Positions 35,801 through 48,412 of a stretch of 64,000 nt of DNA are shown here, one piece after another. Under the pieces are notes generated by a model. That model did not search any database. It was not told where the DNA came from and worked only from the letters and a program-made list of their open reading frames with translations. Within the stretch, counting starts at the first letter, position 1. The number at the start of each line of letters is the position of its first letter. The stretch comes from Lama guanicoe. Taxonomy: Eukaryota. Position numbers and translations under genes: made by a program. The stretch spans positions 3,474,001 through 3,538,000 of the forward strand of contig MU053881.1 of NCBI GenBank assembly GCA_013239625.1, written 5' to 3'.

Positions 35801-36549
35801 GGTGCGTGGTCCAGGCAGCATCCAGACCTGCGGTGGGGGGGGGGGTCCTGAGGCTCGAGCTCTGATGCCCTTTCCTGCCCTCTGCTGACGCTGCCCTGCC
35901 ACGCTGTCCTCTGCCCTCCTCCCAAGCCTCCTCCAGAAGAGCAGAGCGCAGAGACCCAAGTCCCAGCCGCGTTCCCACGTCGCCCGTCTGCCAGGCATCA
36001 GACGCCACGACAGAGCTGTCAGGAGTCCTGGGACCCCTGCCTCTTTACACCTGCCTTTTTAGAGAAACGGCAATCTGTTTGTTTGTTTGTTTTAAAATTC
36101 ATTTTCCCTACAGCCTTCCTGATTCAGCTCAGTTCACCAGGAGGGAGGACGGTGGCCAGAGGGGCTGCTTTGCTGGGCGCGTCTTTCCCGGTTTGGCCAG
36201 CCTCCTCAGAGCTGGATTTAGGAATTCAGAGGTGGGAAAGCAAACATTGCCTCATTAAAACTTGGGTGCCTGTTTGATTCATTAATCATCTTGCCCTAAT
36301 GCTCCCTGATAAGTCTGTGATTAATCACCAGGCTCGTGGGAGGGAGCTGCCGGCTGTCACTGCTTTTTCCTTAACCCCTTGTCTACCACGAGCGAAGCTT
36401 GAAGAAGGCGAGCCTGAGGGTGAGGGTTTGGGGACAGCGGTGGTTGCTTTGTTCAGGGGGCCTTGGATGCTGAGCGGTCTTGGGGCTTCTCAGTATGGCA
36501 GCGGTGTGATGGTGACCTGTTCCTGGATACCTGCCCGGTGACAGATGCC

Positions 36550-36930
36550 AGGTCTCATTTAATAGCACTCCCCATTTTACAGATGAGGAAACTGAGGCTC
36601 CAAAGCGGCTTGCTCAAAGTCACATCTCAGATCGAGACCGAGCGAGGATAGGAAGCCGTGGGTGTTGTGCCCAAAGGCTCTGAGCAGCGGAGGGAGCCCC
36701 TGTCCCCGCCATGGTCCCTCTTTCTGTCCATCAGTCAGCTGCTGGGGAGACTGGGAGACTGCGTGCTTTGGAAAGAAAATTCCAGCTTTGTCACTTTTCA
36801 GGTGACCTCCAAGCCTTGGCTGGATCATTTATAGCATGGGGACGATGCTTTTCTCATGGGGCTATGAGGGTTCAATGAGAAACTGTAGGAAGTGCCCGCA
36901 CAGTGCAAGTCACAGACGTTCCACAAATGG
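36550..36930. mobile_element. MIR fragments (minus 36550-36680, plus 36765-36930)
   Basis: cccattttacagatgaggaaactgaggctc...cttgctcaaagtcaca is a strong MIR core match. Confidence 0.75.
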
Positions 36931-37302
36931 CAATCTTCTTCCAGCACTCCCTCTCTTTTAGGGGCACGGTGGGCACTTTCCTCTCAAGGAAAGGATCTGA
37001 CAACTTTCTTCAGATTAAGTGCGTGGACTGTAATGCCCAGTCACTCCCCTCAACTCCCTTCCTAGCACCAAGTTCCAATACAATGTTCATGGCCGGGGCG
37101 GGCACCGAGCAAGACCGTCTCCTTTCTTAATACCTCTGCTCTAAGGCATGCATGGTGATTTGTGACACTCAAGATCACCAGGAAAGGTCCCCATCTCTTT
37201 CTGCATCTCACGCTGTTGGGAAGATTTTAAGGGGATTGGAGGGCTCAGGTTCACGCTGAGTTGTTCTCGTGCCTCCCCCCACGACATGGGGCTGTTCTAG
37301 AT

Positions 37303-37500
37303 CAGGGTTGCAACTCTGGTCTTTTAGGGAGCCAGCTGGAAACAATCATGAGGCAGGTGTAGGACAATAGGGAGTGGTGGGGACTGTGTCAAGCAGGAGA
37401 GTGCAAGCCAGACCTAAGGACATTCAAGTTCAACTAGAAACAAAAACACATGACATGCACTAAATAAGTGTTCCAGCTGAGTTAGACCTGTGGTTCTTGG
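37303..37500 (+). mobile_element. hAT-Charlie MITE, MER58C/MER102 group
   Basis: cagggttgcaactc...gacaatagggagtggtggggactgtg...ctaaggacattcaagttc; shares its core with 25798-26080. Confidence 0.7.
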
Positions 37501-38849
37501 TTTGTCTTCGAGATCTAGACTGAATAAGTAGACTTGAACAAAGAAACACTAGGGATTTCTGGAGTGGAAGGTGGGAGGACCAGAGGGCGAGGCAAGTACC
37601 AGTGGGTGGGGCAGCATTTTCCAGAAGAGGAAGGAAGAGGAAAGATCTGAACCATGGAGGTTGGAAGAAGTAGGAGATGCCTCTTCTTTTTTTTTTTAAC
37701 TGAGGACAAGTGATCCAGAAGATGAGATGAGTCCACAAGGGCCCCCTACATGGAGGATTCAACCATAAATTTCAGTGCATGTGTGAGTGATTCATCCACT
37801 CAGCCTAGGAGCCTGGGGTGGGGTGTCACTGTGGCAATGAAGGGTAGGCTGATCAAGGGCAGTGGTCTGCCTCCCATTCATGAGGGGTCTTTGTCTGGGT
37901 GGAGCCCCAAGAAGCTGGGGGTGATGTGGGAGGAAATAACTGCCAGGATGTATACATTGAGCCCCAGTGCCTTTGCACAGGCTGTGCCCTCTGCCAGGAA
38001 CACTCAACCCTGACCTCCTTTCTATCATTACCTGTTAAGCTCCTACTCATTCTCCAGACCCAGTTCAACTCTGTCCTCTGCTGGGAAGTCCTCTCTGATC
38101 CCATGAGCCAGAATTAGTTGTTTTCTCTGACTGGGAGGAAGGGGGCTGATTGAGACAAAGCCTGCCAACGACTGGGCCCACGTCCCCCATGCTCTCTCAG
38201 AGATTTCTCTAATTAATCGCCCTGCCGGAATATGTCTGAGTTTTTCAGGATCAGTGGAAGCTAATGAGGTGTCAGGGAGCAAGACTGCACAAAGGAAGCA
38301 CTTGAAAGTTTGTCCTTTTTTTTTCTTCTAAGATCAAACCTTCCCCAGACTTCGAAAACACTCAACTCTTTCCTTTTAATTACTTTAAGGTTCACAGACT
38401 TTTCAGCATAAATTTGCTCTGGGATTTGAATTTGAAAAGTCCCACATTTCAAAAAGGTTAAAAACGTCCACTTATTACTTAATTTTCTTACTGATTTATT
38501 TGTTTATTTGACATGTATCTGTGCTGGCACTGTGGCTGTGCACAGGGCTCCTGGCTGCGAGCTGGAACAGTGACCAAGCACGTGGCCCAACCTCCCAGAT
38601 CTTTAAGAGGAGGCCGTGGGACGGAGTCGCCGGCTGCCCTATGTGTCCGATGCTCTCTCGTGAATTATACCCACGATCTCATGATAGTATGGTGGCTGGG
38701 GAGAAATACCCCGGAAGTGATATTAATCTTTTGAAGTCACCTGCAATGGTTTCTCTGTGTGGTTATGCCACCAACTGGACACACTGTTCAAGCTCATTTG
38801 TTTCACTTAACTCTGGGTTTTAGGAATTTATTCTATATTTAATTTTGTC

Positions 38850-40700
38850 ATATTATGTAAAATATGTATGTGTTTCCTAAATCAAACCTATGAAAACCAG
38901 TCTAGACAGAGAAGCCTAGTGTCTACCCCTGGCCCTCCACCTGGGTCATTCTCTTCCTCTGTAGGGGAGTATTTTAAAATTATGGTTGATTTTTCCATTA
39001 TTTTTAATGAATATAAATATATGTGTATACACACACACACACACACACAATTATATGTAAAACATATGCAAATATATGTACCCATCACTTTCTTCTGATT
39101 TGCATTTGTTGTGTATCTTTTTTCTTTACCTTCCAATATGTATATGTGCGTGTGAATGTGTTCGCATCCTTTCTTAGTTGACTGGTAGCATATTACTCGC
39201 ACTTTATCTGCCTTATGCTTTTCACCTAACAGTGCATGCTGGAGGGCCACGTGGGTGGAAATAGGGGTCTCTCGAATTCCTTTTCACAACTGCACTGGAC
39301 CCCGCTGGTGGCTGTGCCCTGGTCCTCCCGCCAGCCACCAGCTGAAGGGCATTTGAGGGGTTTCCAGCCCTTTGCTCTATTTTATAGCCCCTTCATTTAT
39401 TTTTATATGCATGTATATCTTTCTTTTTCCTTTACCTATTAAACTTATCATTTTGTTTGATTCATCTCTAGTTTAGTTTTAGATCTGACTTTACTAACTA
39501 ATCTCTGGAAAATCTTTGTCTTTCAGCAGGTGAGTTAAGACCATTTTTTTTTCCTTCTGACGTGACTGACGTGTCTGACTTCAGTTTTGTCATATTATGT
39601 TACGTTTCCATCAAGTCATCTGCAGATGTGTGCATGTGTTTTATTCATAGGTGTATAATTAATAAATATATTTCTTTTGGCCTATTTTATTTGTCTCTCT
39701 CTCTCTGTCTTTGTACATTTTGGTGTTTAGGAAACTTTGAATTTTTGTCATAACAGTTACTTTTATACATTTATATAATTCCCTGTATTCCCTTCTGCTT
39801 TTTCTCTCTCTTTTCTGTCTCCTTCCTTCCTTCCTTCCTTCCTCCCTCCCTCCCTCCCTTCCTTCCTCCTTCCTTCCTCCCTCCCTCCTTTCCTTCCTTC
39901 CTTCTTTTCTTCCTTCCTTCCTCCCTGCCTTCCTCCCTGCCTTCCTTCCTTCCTTCCTTCCTTCCTCCCTCCCTCCCTCCCTTCCTTCCTTCCTCCTTCC
40001 TTCCTCCCTCCCTCCTTTCCTTCCTTCCTTCCTCCCTGCCTTCCTTCCTTCCTTCCTGTCTCCTCCTCTCTCCCTGACCTTTTGGTCACTATCTGTTGGG
40101 TCCCAACTGTAAACAACACTGACATTTGCTAGTGGCTTCTCCTTCTCCTCTATGCCATCTCCCCAACATGTCCTTTTATTTTCAATAAAAACCTATAAGG
40201 CAATAAATGAGCTTACACTGCTGTTCCTATATCTTCCCCATTCTCCTTCCATCTCTTCATAACTTTCTCCCTTCCAACCTTAATTTAGTCTTAGTCCAAA
40301 GGGATACATAGACCTACAGAACTAGGATTTTCCACTAATAATACATGTGGGTAGACACAGACACGTGCATGTACATGTACACATTTATAAATTGGTAATA
40401 TCTGTGTGCGCGTATATACTTCTTTTAAAGCTGGTGAACACCTATTCGATGGTCATCACCAGCCCTGGAGCTATGGTTCTCCCATCCCTTCGGTTTCTGG
40501 AGCTGGTTCCTTAGTAAGTGTTCCTGGGGGCAGGACCCCGAGTCCAGGCACGCTGAGGACAGTTTGCCTACAGCCTTGATACTTGAAGGTCAGGATGGAT
40601 GCATATGACTTTCGCGGTGGCCTCTCTTCTGCCTTGAGTAACTTGAATAAGCTTATCCACGCCTCCTAGAACAAAGCAATACTTCCTGAAAGTCTGCAAT
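38850..40700 (-). mobile_element. Old L1ME/MC fragments
   Basis: tgcttttcacctaaca, gggcatttgaggggtttccag, aatctttgtctttcagcaggtgagttaagaccattt, ccttgatacttgaaggtcag. Confidence 0.55.
39820..40065 (+). repeat. (CCTT)/(CCCT) polypyrimidine tract
   Basis: About 240 bp almost entirely C/T. Confidence 0.98.
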
Positions 40701-40724
40701 GTTGAATAACCTATCTTCGGATGG

Positions 40725-40868
40725 GATATCCTATTGCTTCTGCTGTATTCTGTTAATTAGAAGTGAGTCAACGGGTCCAGCTAAGATTCAGGGAGAGGGG
40801 ATGACACCAAAGCCTGAACACCAGGGGTCAGGGATCCTCTGGGGTCAGCTAAGAGGCCGCCTGCCACA
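40725..40868 (-). mobile_element. MLT1 LTR terminal fragment
   Basis: cttctgctgtattctgtt...agaagtgagtca...ggtccagc...attcagggagagggg...gcctgccaca. Confidence 0.65.
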
Positions 40869-41095
40869 CCACTGTGTTAACTCTCCACCCCCAAATGGAA
40901 GAACTCTAATCGAGTGGAAGAATTGAACTATTTCAGTAACAATACTGTCTCTGTGTTTCTACCCAAATTTCCTCAGGTAGAGATCACACTTCCTGTGATC
41001 TGTTTTACACTGTTTTCCCATTTTCCCCTTTTCTTTGTGTTTTCTATTTATTTCAGTCTTTGCATTGTTTTCTTACACAATCTTGCTTCACATTG

Positions 41096-41252
41096 GATAT
41101 ATACATTCTTTTTCATCATAGGCTATTACAAGGTACTGAACATAGTTCCCTGTGCTGTACAGTAGGACCTTGTTGTTGATCTGTTTTATACATAGCAGTT
41201 AGTATCTGCAAATCCTGAACTCCCAATTTATCCCTCCCCCACCTTCCCCCCA
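41096..41252 (-). mobile_element. L1 3' UTR fragment lacking the tail
   Basis: attcttttcatcataggctattacaagg...ttccctgtgctgtacagtaggaccttgttg...ctcccaatttatccctcccc. Confidence 0.85.
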
Positions 41253-42174
41253 CTCACAATGTGAGTCCTTCACATTGGGGAGATGGGACTTGTTTTCTGT
41301 CAGTAGAGAAGCCACTTCATCCTGAAATCGGAGGCTTCCCCTGGGTTTGTGAACGCTGCAGACAGCCGCGTGCCATGATGAGTATGTGTCCTCTCTTATT
41401 CCGTCGGGGGTCATCTAGAGAAACTAGGAAAAGGGTGATGTTGCAGACACAAAGTCCCTGGGTCGCTGCTCTGCTCCTTGCCCTTCCCCTTATGTCTCAT
41501 CCTCACCACCCTCTGTGAGGTCAACGATAGGTCCTGTTTTACAGCCGGGAGGCGACTTGACCAAGGCCACACAGCTGGTTAAGCGACCTGAATAGAAAGA
41601 ACTCAGAAGCAGATGTGGGGGAGGAGGTGACGAGGGAGACTAAATCTGTTCCTAATCTCTCTTCCCTATGTCTTGGCTTAACGCTGTTGCTTGAACCCCT
41701 TGCCTCCAGAGGAGTTCTTCTTAATTTGAACTTCAAAAACCATCCCTCTTCAAAAAAAAAATGCTGAGTTATTTTAATTTCTACTGAACCCGGTGTTCAT
41801 ATCCTCCTTAATTATGCCTCTGGGTTTCTTCAAAAGGCTTTGGAGCTGGGGAGAAAAACTGAGTAAGCCTTAGCCATCATCCTTGGCTGATGAAATGAAT
41901 ATTGTCCCTCTAGGTCGACCAACACAGGGATTTAGCAGGCTAATTGAGAGTCTCAAAATATTGTAATGGAGGGCAAAATACTGATAGATTCAATGTACAT
42001 TTTTAAGAACTTTCTCTTAAAAAGTCTTCCAAGTTTGTGGGTCCTGTGAAGGAAATTTTTATCTGATTTTATATATGTGTATGTTAAAGTGTGCTGTTCT
42101 CAGGTGCTTTGGTTGCTGACGCATTTAAAATTTGAAACATGATTCATGTGACTTTATTTTCCTCTTTTAGGACT

Positions 42175-42860
42175 ATAATGGTTCTCCCTTACCAAGCACT
42201 GACTCTGTACTGGTCTCTCTGCTAAGCACTTCATAATCATGATCTCATTAAAGCTAACGAATCTGGCAGGTCAGTAAAAACTATGGCCCCGGTTTAAAGA
42301 TGGGAATTTGAGGCTTAGAGAGTTTAAGGCAGGTGGCAAATGTTGCACCCCGAGTCAGTGGTACCCACCAGGAGTCAAATCGTGGTCTGCCTGACTCGGA
42401 AGCTGGCCTCTGGCTGAGGGGCCGTGTTGAGCTGAGAGGAGGAAAAATAGGAGTGTTTGGTTCACTTAATGGTGCAAAGTCTTATCTAGAAAGTCACTTG
42501 TCCACAGGTCCCTGCTCATTAGGACACAAGTTCCCCACCAACATCTTCCTTCCCTCCTGTTGCCTCCTGCCATTTCAGTTCAATCTACTGGCCTCTGTCT
42601 CCATGGGGTCACCTAAATGCAAGCAGGTGGCACTGCCTAGAGGTCAGGACAGGGAGTACTGGCCTTGATTAGTACTGCTGTGTGCCTTTGGGCCAACGAG
42701 TTAATCTTGTGCTGCAGTTTCTCCTTCTCTAGAATAATGATAATAATATTACTACCTGTCTTGTATGCTGATTGGACAACTAAATGGAACAATGGATATA
42801 AAAAGGAAAGAAAAAAGCGTAGTGCCCGGTAGACGCCTACCAAATAAAAAAACAGCTTTA
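42175..42860. mobile_element. MIRs (minus 42175-42410, plus 42655-42860)
   Basis: gcactgactctgtac...tgctaagcactt...tgaggcttagagagtttaag; ctgctgtgtgcctttgggc...cagtttctcc...ataataatattactacc. Confidence 0.7.
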
Positions 42861-43619
42861 AAAATATCTATTACTCTCTCTTCATCTGTCTGACTATGTA
42901 TCTATGCCAGATTTACCAAGGAAATATTACAGGGAGCAGAAATAAACTTTGCATCTCTCTTTAAACCCTCGCTGTCTGCACTGGCTAAAGTACAAGTCAT
43001 TTCAAATCACACATTTATCTTCTGAGACACGGATGCCCCATTTCAGCCCCTCACTACCGTTCCTGGGAGAGTTTTGCAGGTTTGTCCCATGGGAGATATT
43101 TGGGTTGCAGGGGGAGTGGGATAAAAGGAAGAAGAACGACCAGCACTAGGGTGTGACTTTGCATCTGCCCCAGCATCTCCCCTGAGATGGCTGCAAACAC
43201 GTATGAAGCTTCCAGGCAAGGACGACATCCCACCAACTTGCATGGTAAGAGTGTGTTGACTGTTTAGAGCTGATGTCCATTCTGACTGGATGTTCTGGGT
43301 GTTAAACATTTCTAAAATTCTCCGTGCTTCTGGGTGGTCTCCATCGGCCATAGCTAGAGGTTAACATCCCAAACTAGCACTGAGAGTTTTGGCTGTGAGA
43401 GCTGAGAGCAGAAATCTAGAACATCCTTTAAGTGCTGCTGTCTGGAAGGTGACCAGGGTCTCCAAGGAACACGTGAGACCTGTAGACTCCCCTTTTTCAA
43501 CCTGATCAATCTCTAAGGACATGCTTTTGGGGTAAATACATCAAGAAATATATTCTCTGGCCATCCAGTGGTTCTCCTCCCACAGACCATCAGAGCTGAA
43601 AGGAGGTCTCAAGAGGTTA

Positions 43620-43795
43620 CTTCATCAGGCCCTAGTGCACATGAGGCACCCCTGGAAACTTGTGAAAATGCAGGTCCCGGAGCCTCACTGGAGTGATTTA
43701 GGGAGTATAAGACAGGGCCTCAGAAACACACATTCCTAACAAGTGCATTGGATGTTTCTCATACTGATGGTCTTTGGACCATTTGGAGAACTACC
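43620..43795. mobile_element. MER5-like hAT-Charlie MITE
   Basis: cttgtgaaaatgcaggtcccgg...gggcctcagaaac...taacaag...ggacc...tttggagaac. Confidence 0.6.
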
Positions 43796-44219
43796 CATCT
43801 CTTACAATTGTCTTATTTTGTACAAGAGGAAAATTTCTCAAGGACATATAATTAGCTTGATAGGAATTGGATTCCCAGTTGGCAAGTTCCTTGAGCGCCA
43901 ACCAGGGTTCTCATCAGGCTAGCTCAGGACTCTGGCAGACAGAATATTCCAGGCTCTGGAGCTTGGGCAAATTGATAAAAGCAAAGACTGAGAGATAGGA
44001 AGAAGCACAGAAGCAAACACATGTTGTATAAGAAGCACCAGCAGAGATATCACTGGGAGCCCTCAGGGGGCCCACACCTTACTGTCCCACTTACTGTTCC
44101 CCATGGCCCTGAGAGATAGCAACTATCATCCAGTTTTACAAAAAGGAAAATGAGATCCACAGAGAGAAAGTGACTTGCCTAAGAGCGTAGTAAAAGTAGT
44201 AAGTGAAAGAGTCAGGAAA

Positions 44220-44505
44220 ATGATGATGATGATAATGATGTGAAATGATGGTGGTTACACTGATGGTGATGATGGGGGTGATGGTGGAGGTGATGGTGGT
44301 GATGATGGTGGTGATGGTGATAGTGGTGATGGTGGTGATGATTGATGATGGTGGTGATGGTGGTGGTGATGGTGGGTACATTCATGATCATAGTGGTGAT
44401 GATGAGGATGTGGATGATGATTATGGTGATACTAAAGGTGGTGATGATGGAGTTGATAGCAGTGAAGACATGCTCACAACAATGAGGATGATGATGGTGA
44501 AATGA
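44220..44505 (+). repeat. (TGG/TGA)n low-complexity triplet tract between two MIR fragments
   Basis: Directly visible; MIR pieces at 44120-44215 and 44520-44680. Confidence 0.95.
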
Positions 44506-45877
44506 TACTAGCAAGCGAAAGTAATAATATCATTTCTGGAGCTTGGTCCTGGGTCGGTATCCATGTTGGGAACATTGCACCCATTATTTCACTGACTCTG
44601 CACACAGCTCTGAGAAGTAGGTGTTAAGTACCAGGCCTTTCCACTCCAAAGTCAGGATTTTTAATCATATTAACTACACTGTCCTCTTGCCACCAGGGAA
44701 GAAGTCAGGGGATCATCATTCTCTTGTTCTCCTTTAAAACTTTGGGAAGAAGAAATGACTGGGGAGCTGAAAACTTGAAGTTCTGACAATGTTGAAGGCA
44801 CCCGAGTGAACGGAGGAGCTGAAAGTGATGGGATCTGCTTGCCAGGACTATATAAATAGCAACTTGTACCTACCCTGCACCTCATCTGCACACATCAAAA
44901 AGCACATTAGAAGAACATTAAAATGTCAAGTGGGTTAAATCTGAAATGTGACCTACCTTATTATCTTGTGAGGGGGAAAAATCTGTCAAGAACTCAAACC
45001 TTCCTGGCTGCTTTGGAGACGTGGGGGGGCTGCCGGGCCTCTCTGGGGAAACTTAACAAGTCCACTCCTCAGGGGCCCAGAGCTGGCGGGGGCACATCCA
45101 CTTGCACAGTCATAGCTCTGGCCTGAAAGACTTATCAGCGGGAGCTTTCTTTGGGGTGGCTCTTCTATGAAAGCCCATGTGGTTTACAGTGGTTTCTCTC
45201 TCAGTGCGGCAGCTGCAGGTGGAATCCAGCTCTCCAGCGGCTCCTCCCACTGCTGCCTGAAAACAAGCCTTTGGATTCATTTCTGATCAAGGTCGCTATG
45301 GGGAATTCTTCCTGGGGGCTTGTAAGTTACCAGAGACACTGATGAGTCCAAATATTTCAAGAAACATCGTGGCCAGCCTCCCTCCTCTCCGGTGGCCACC
45401 AAAATTCCAGAACACTTGGGGAGAGTATTTGGATTCAGCTGAGTCAAAAATTCCAGTGAGAAGACCTGAATTCAAGAGAGTTTCTACATTGGAGAAGTCA
45501 GCCTAGAGGGGATAACCCAGCACACTTGGTAGAAGTAGGTTTATGGTGCACTTTGTGGAGGGTCCTTTGATCAGCCACCCCTCTGAGGGTCAAGGAAAGG
45601 AACATAGGGAATAAGACGAGCTTCTGGTGAGGTCAGCGGGTGGTGACGTGAAAGGCCAGCGTCTGGCAATGATGCAGCCACCACCCTGCTGTCCACCCCA
45701 GACATGGCCCTCCTTCTCTGGCCCCACAAACAGAAGCCATAGATGGGCTCAGCGCTCCAGCCCGAGCCCAAGAAGAACCCGGGACACTCTAACAATTGCC
45801 ATCCACTGTCAGCCAGCATCTGTTTCAGATGCTTGGCTGAGTCAATAGCAAAAGACCCAATGTGATAAATTTGTAAA

Positions 45878-46071
45878 TATTGTATATAAAATAGATAAAC
45901 AACAAGATCCCACTGTATAGCACAAGGGAACTATGTTCAATATCTTCTAATAGCCTATAATGAAAAAGAATATGAAAAGGAATATATATATATGTATAAT
46001 GGAATCACTATGCTGTACCCCAGAAATTAACACAACATTGTAAACCAACTATACTTCAACTAAAAAAAAAA
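45878..46071 (+). mobile_element. L1 3' UTR insertion, probably inside an old MLT1 fragment (45820-46150)
   Basis: tatataaaatagataaacaacaag...ctgtatagcac...cagaaattaacacaacattgtaaaccaactatacttcaactaaaaaaaaaa. Confidence 0.9.
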
Positions 46072-46174
46072 GGGTACCGTGTTGGCCCACTTGACTGAAA
46101 AAGTCCAGAAAATGGCCTGGCCTCAAATGAGGCTTGACCTAGAGCCTCAGGGAGGAATCGGCAAGAGAGATGAT

Positions 46175-46420
46175 CAGAGCTAACATTTACTGAGTGTTTT
46201 CCTCTTTGCCATACGTTCTCCTAAAACGCTTCATGTTAATTCTCCGGAAAACATGATGAAGTAGGTGTTATCACATCCTGTTTTTACAGAAGTGGGAACA
46301 GGGTGCACAGAGAGGTTAAGTAACCTGCCTAAGATTACACAGCTTGCAAGCAGAAAAGCTAGACTTGGAACCTTGCTGGTCTGGCACCAGAGCACCGACC
46401 CTTAACCACCGTACCACGTC
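46175..46420 (-). mobile_element. MIR, near full length
   Basis: agctaacatttactgagtg...ttttacaga...gcacagagaggttaagtaacctgcctaagattacacagct...cttaaccac. Confidence 0.85.
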
Positions 46421-46914
46421 ACCTCTGCAGTGGACAGAAATCGAAGAAATTAGGTTTCAGCAGGAGAGGCGGAGAAAGGAGATAATCACAAAGCAATGCG
46501 AGGTATGTGATGCCAAGCGAGGTAATGGCGGGATGCACACGGTCCTGCAAATCTATCTGACAGCTCCGTCCTCCCAGCAAACTGAATCCAAACCACCCTA
46601 GACAGGCAGCCTTTCAGCTGTCTGGAGAAACCCTGGTGGCCATGGCTTCTGAAGTCCCCTCTCCAGCTCTTTATTTAGGCTTCTTTTTTTAAAAAAAAAA
46701 AAAAACGGCTACATTGCTCATAATTTCTTGTGTCTCCGTCAAGAAAGGAAAACCCCTTGCCCACTGGGAGGTTTTGCATTTATCCCCAGGGTGATGTCAG
46801 CAACCTCTTCTTGACACGCCTGGGGAACTGGGGCATCAGCCAGTCCGGGATGCCGAGGGCACCAGGGCAGATGCGAGATGATCATCTCATGATGCGAGCG
46901 GGAGAGAGGCAAGG

Positions 46915-47165
46915 GCAGGACCCGGAGTCAGATCAACATTGGATGGAATCCCAGCTGGGCCCCTGACTGGCTCTGTGACCTTGAGCAAAACATGTCTCCT
47001 CCCTGAGACTCCCTTTCTCACCTAAAACGGAGACAATAACACCTGCCTTTACCATGTCAGGACTAAATGTGGTTAAGATATACAGATTCTTTTTTTCTTC
47101 TAAAACAGATACTTTTCTGCATTGTCTGGTGCATATTAAATATTCACTACATGCTAGTTATTGTT
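46915..47165 (+). mobile_element. MIR
   Basis: ggagtcaga...gaatcccagct...ctgtgaccttgagcaa...tttctcacctaaaacggagacaataac. Confidence 0.75.
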
Positions 47166-47888
47166 GAAATTTTCATTTATCACTTGAAGCAGCCTGTGAT
47201 TTAGAAACACAGCAGACACCCCTCTTTCTTGGACACAACATTTGAGATCAATTGGCATGTAAGCTAGTCCATGCGTGGCCCAGCGGTTGAAATCTTAAAC
47301 TAGTTTCATTGTTCACTGCTCACTGTTGTGGATGCAGTCATTCCTATGTACGGTCTGGGAGGTCAATTAAAATCATGCATTTTATTGGGCCAGTTGGATG
47401 TTTCCAATTGGATGTTTCCGCTGTAGTTGTAAATCGAGGAACGGTCTCACGCTTCACTCTGCTGGGATGTCAGGCACCTTAATAAACAACACATTTAGCA
47501 TAAGATGGAAGTGACTTTGGCTGGTTGCTTTAATTTGATGACTTATTAAATCATACAGGGAATATTGATTGATTATCTCCTAGGTATCAGGCACTGTTCC
47601 CAGCAGCGAATCACGCGGGCAGAGTCCCACGTCTCATCAAGCTTAGCTTCCCACAGCTTTCCTATTTCCCCGGGCAGAGTGGAGACAGGTTGAAGGGGCG
47701 AGGCCGGCAGGGAGGCCAGGTAAGAGGCTGTTTTGCTGAGTGTGTTCATCCCTAGCGAGGGATGGTGAGATCTTAGGTAGGACCATAGGACTGGTGGGGT
47801 GGGATCGGGGTGGGGAGTGGAGAGTCGGCAAGAAGAAACAGGCAGGTCTATCCAGAGACTGACCTTGGGGTCACATCAGGTGTGGTGG

Positions 47889-48412
47889 TGAGACAGGAAG
47901 GAAGAGGGCAGGGCACAGCCATTCAAGGAGAGTCACAGCAATGGACACCAAGATGGCACACAATTCTACTCCCAGTAGACCTTGAGCTTCATTATACGCT
48001 CATTGTAATGTTATTAGCCTGGGAAATGGCACTCCCGCCAGCACCATGACCGGTCCAAGGCTGACCATAAAAGGCCAAAAAGTGGGCAATGGTCCAGTTC
48101 CTGAAAATCCCCACCCCCTCCCCAAAGTAGTTGGAATAATCCTGCCACTTGTTAGCACATGAAATAACTGAGCCCCTAAAAGCTAGCCACACTGCTCCTG
48201 ACGGCCTCTAGCTCCCGCACCTTCTGAGACGGCCTGCGCTCAGTCTATGGAGTGCCCATCGCTCTGAATAAATCTACTTTTACTCAACTGTGCCTTGCTG
48301 TTGAATTCTTTCCTGCAAGAAGCCAAGGACCCTCACTTGGCGGGGCACATCCCAGGGACTCAGCTGAGGCCTGGGACACGGCCCTCCTCTCACAACATGT
48401 TTTCCTTTATCA
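47889..48412 (+). mobile_element. ERV1 solo LTR, MER41-like (524 bp)
   Basis: TG...CA termini, 4-bp flanks gtgg/gtcg, AATAAA 48267-48272; cttcattatacgctcattgtaat, caccatgac, gtctatggagt, tgaattctttcctgc...aagccaaggaccctc. Confidence 0.85.

Noticed and set aside
39763..40125. 120-aa GRKE-repeat ORF
   Set aside because: Translation of the (CCTT)n microsatellite.
44136..44514. His-rich, Thr/Ile-rich and Asp/Gly/Val-rich ORFs
   Set aside because: They are translations of a (TGG/TGA)n low-complexity tract lying between MIR fragments; no splice or coding support.
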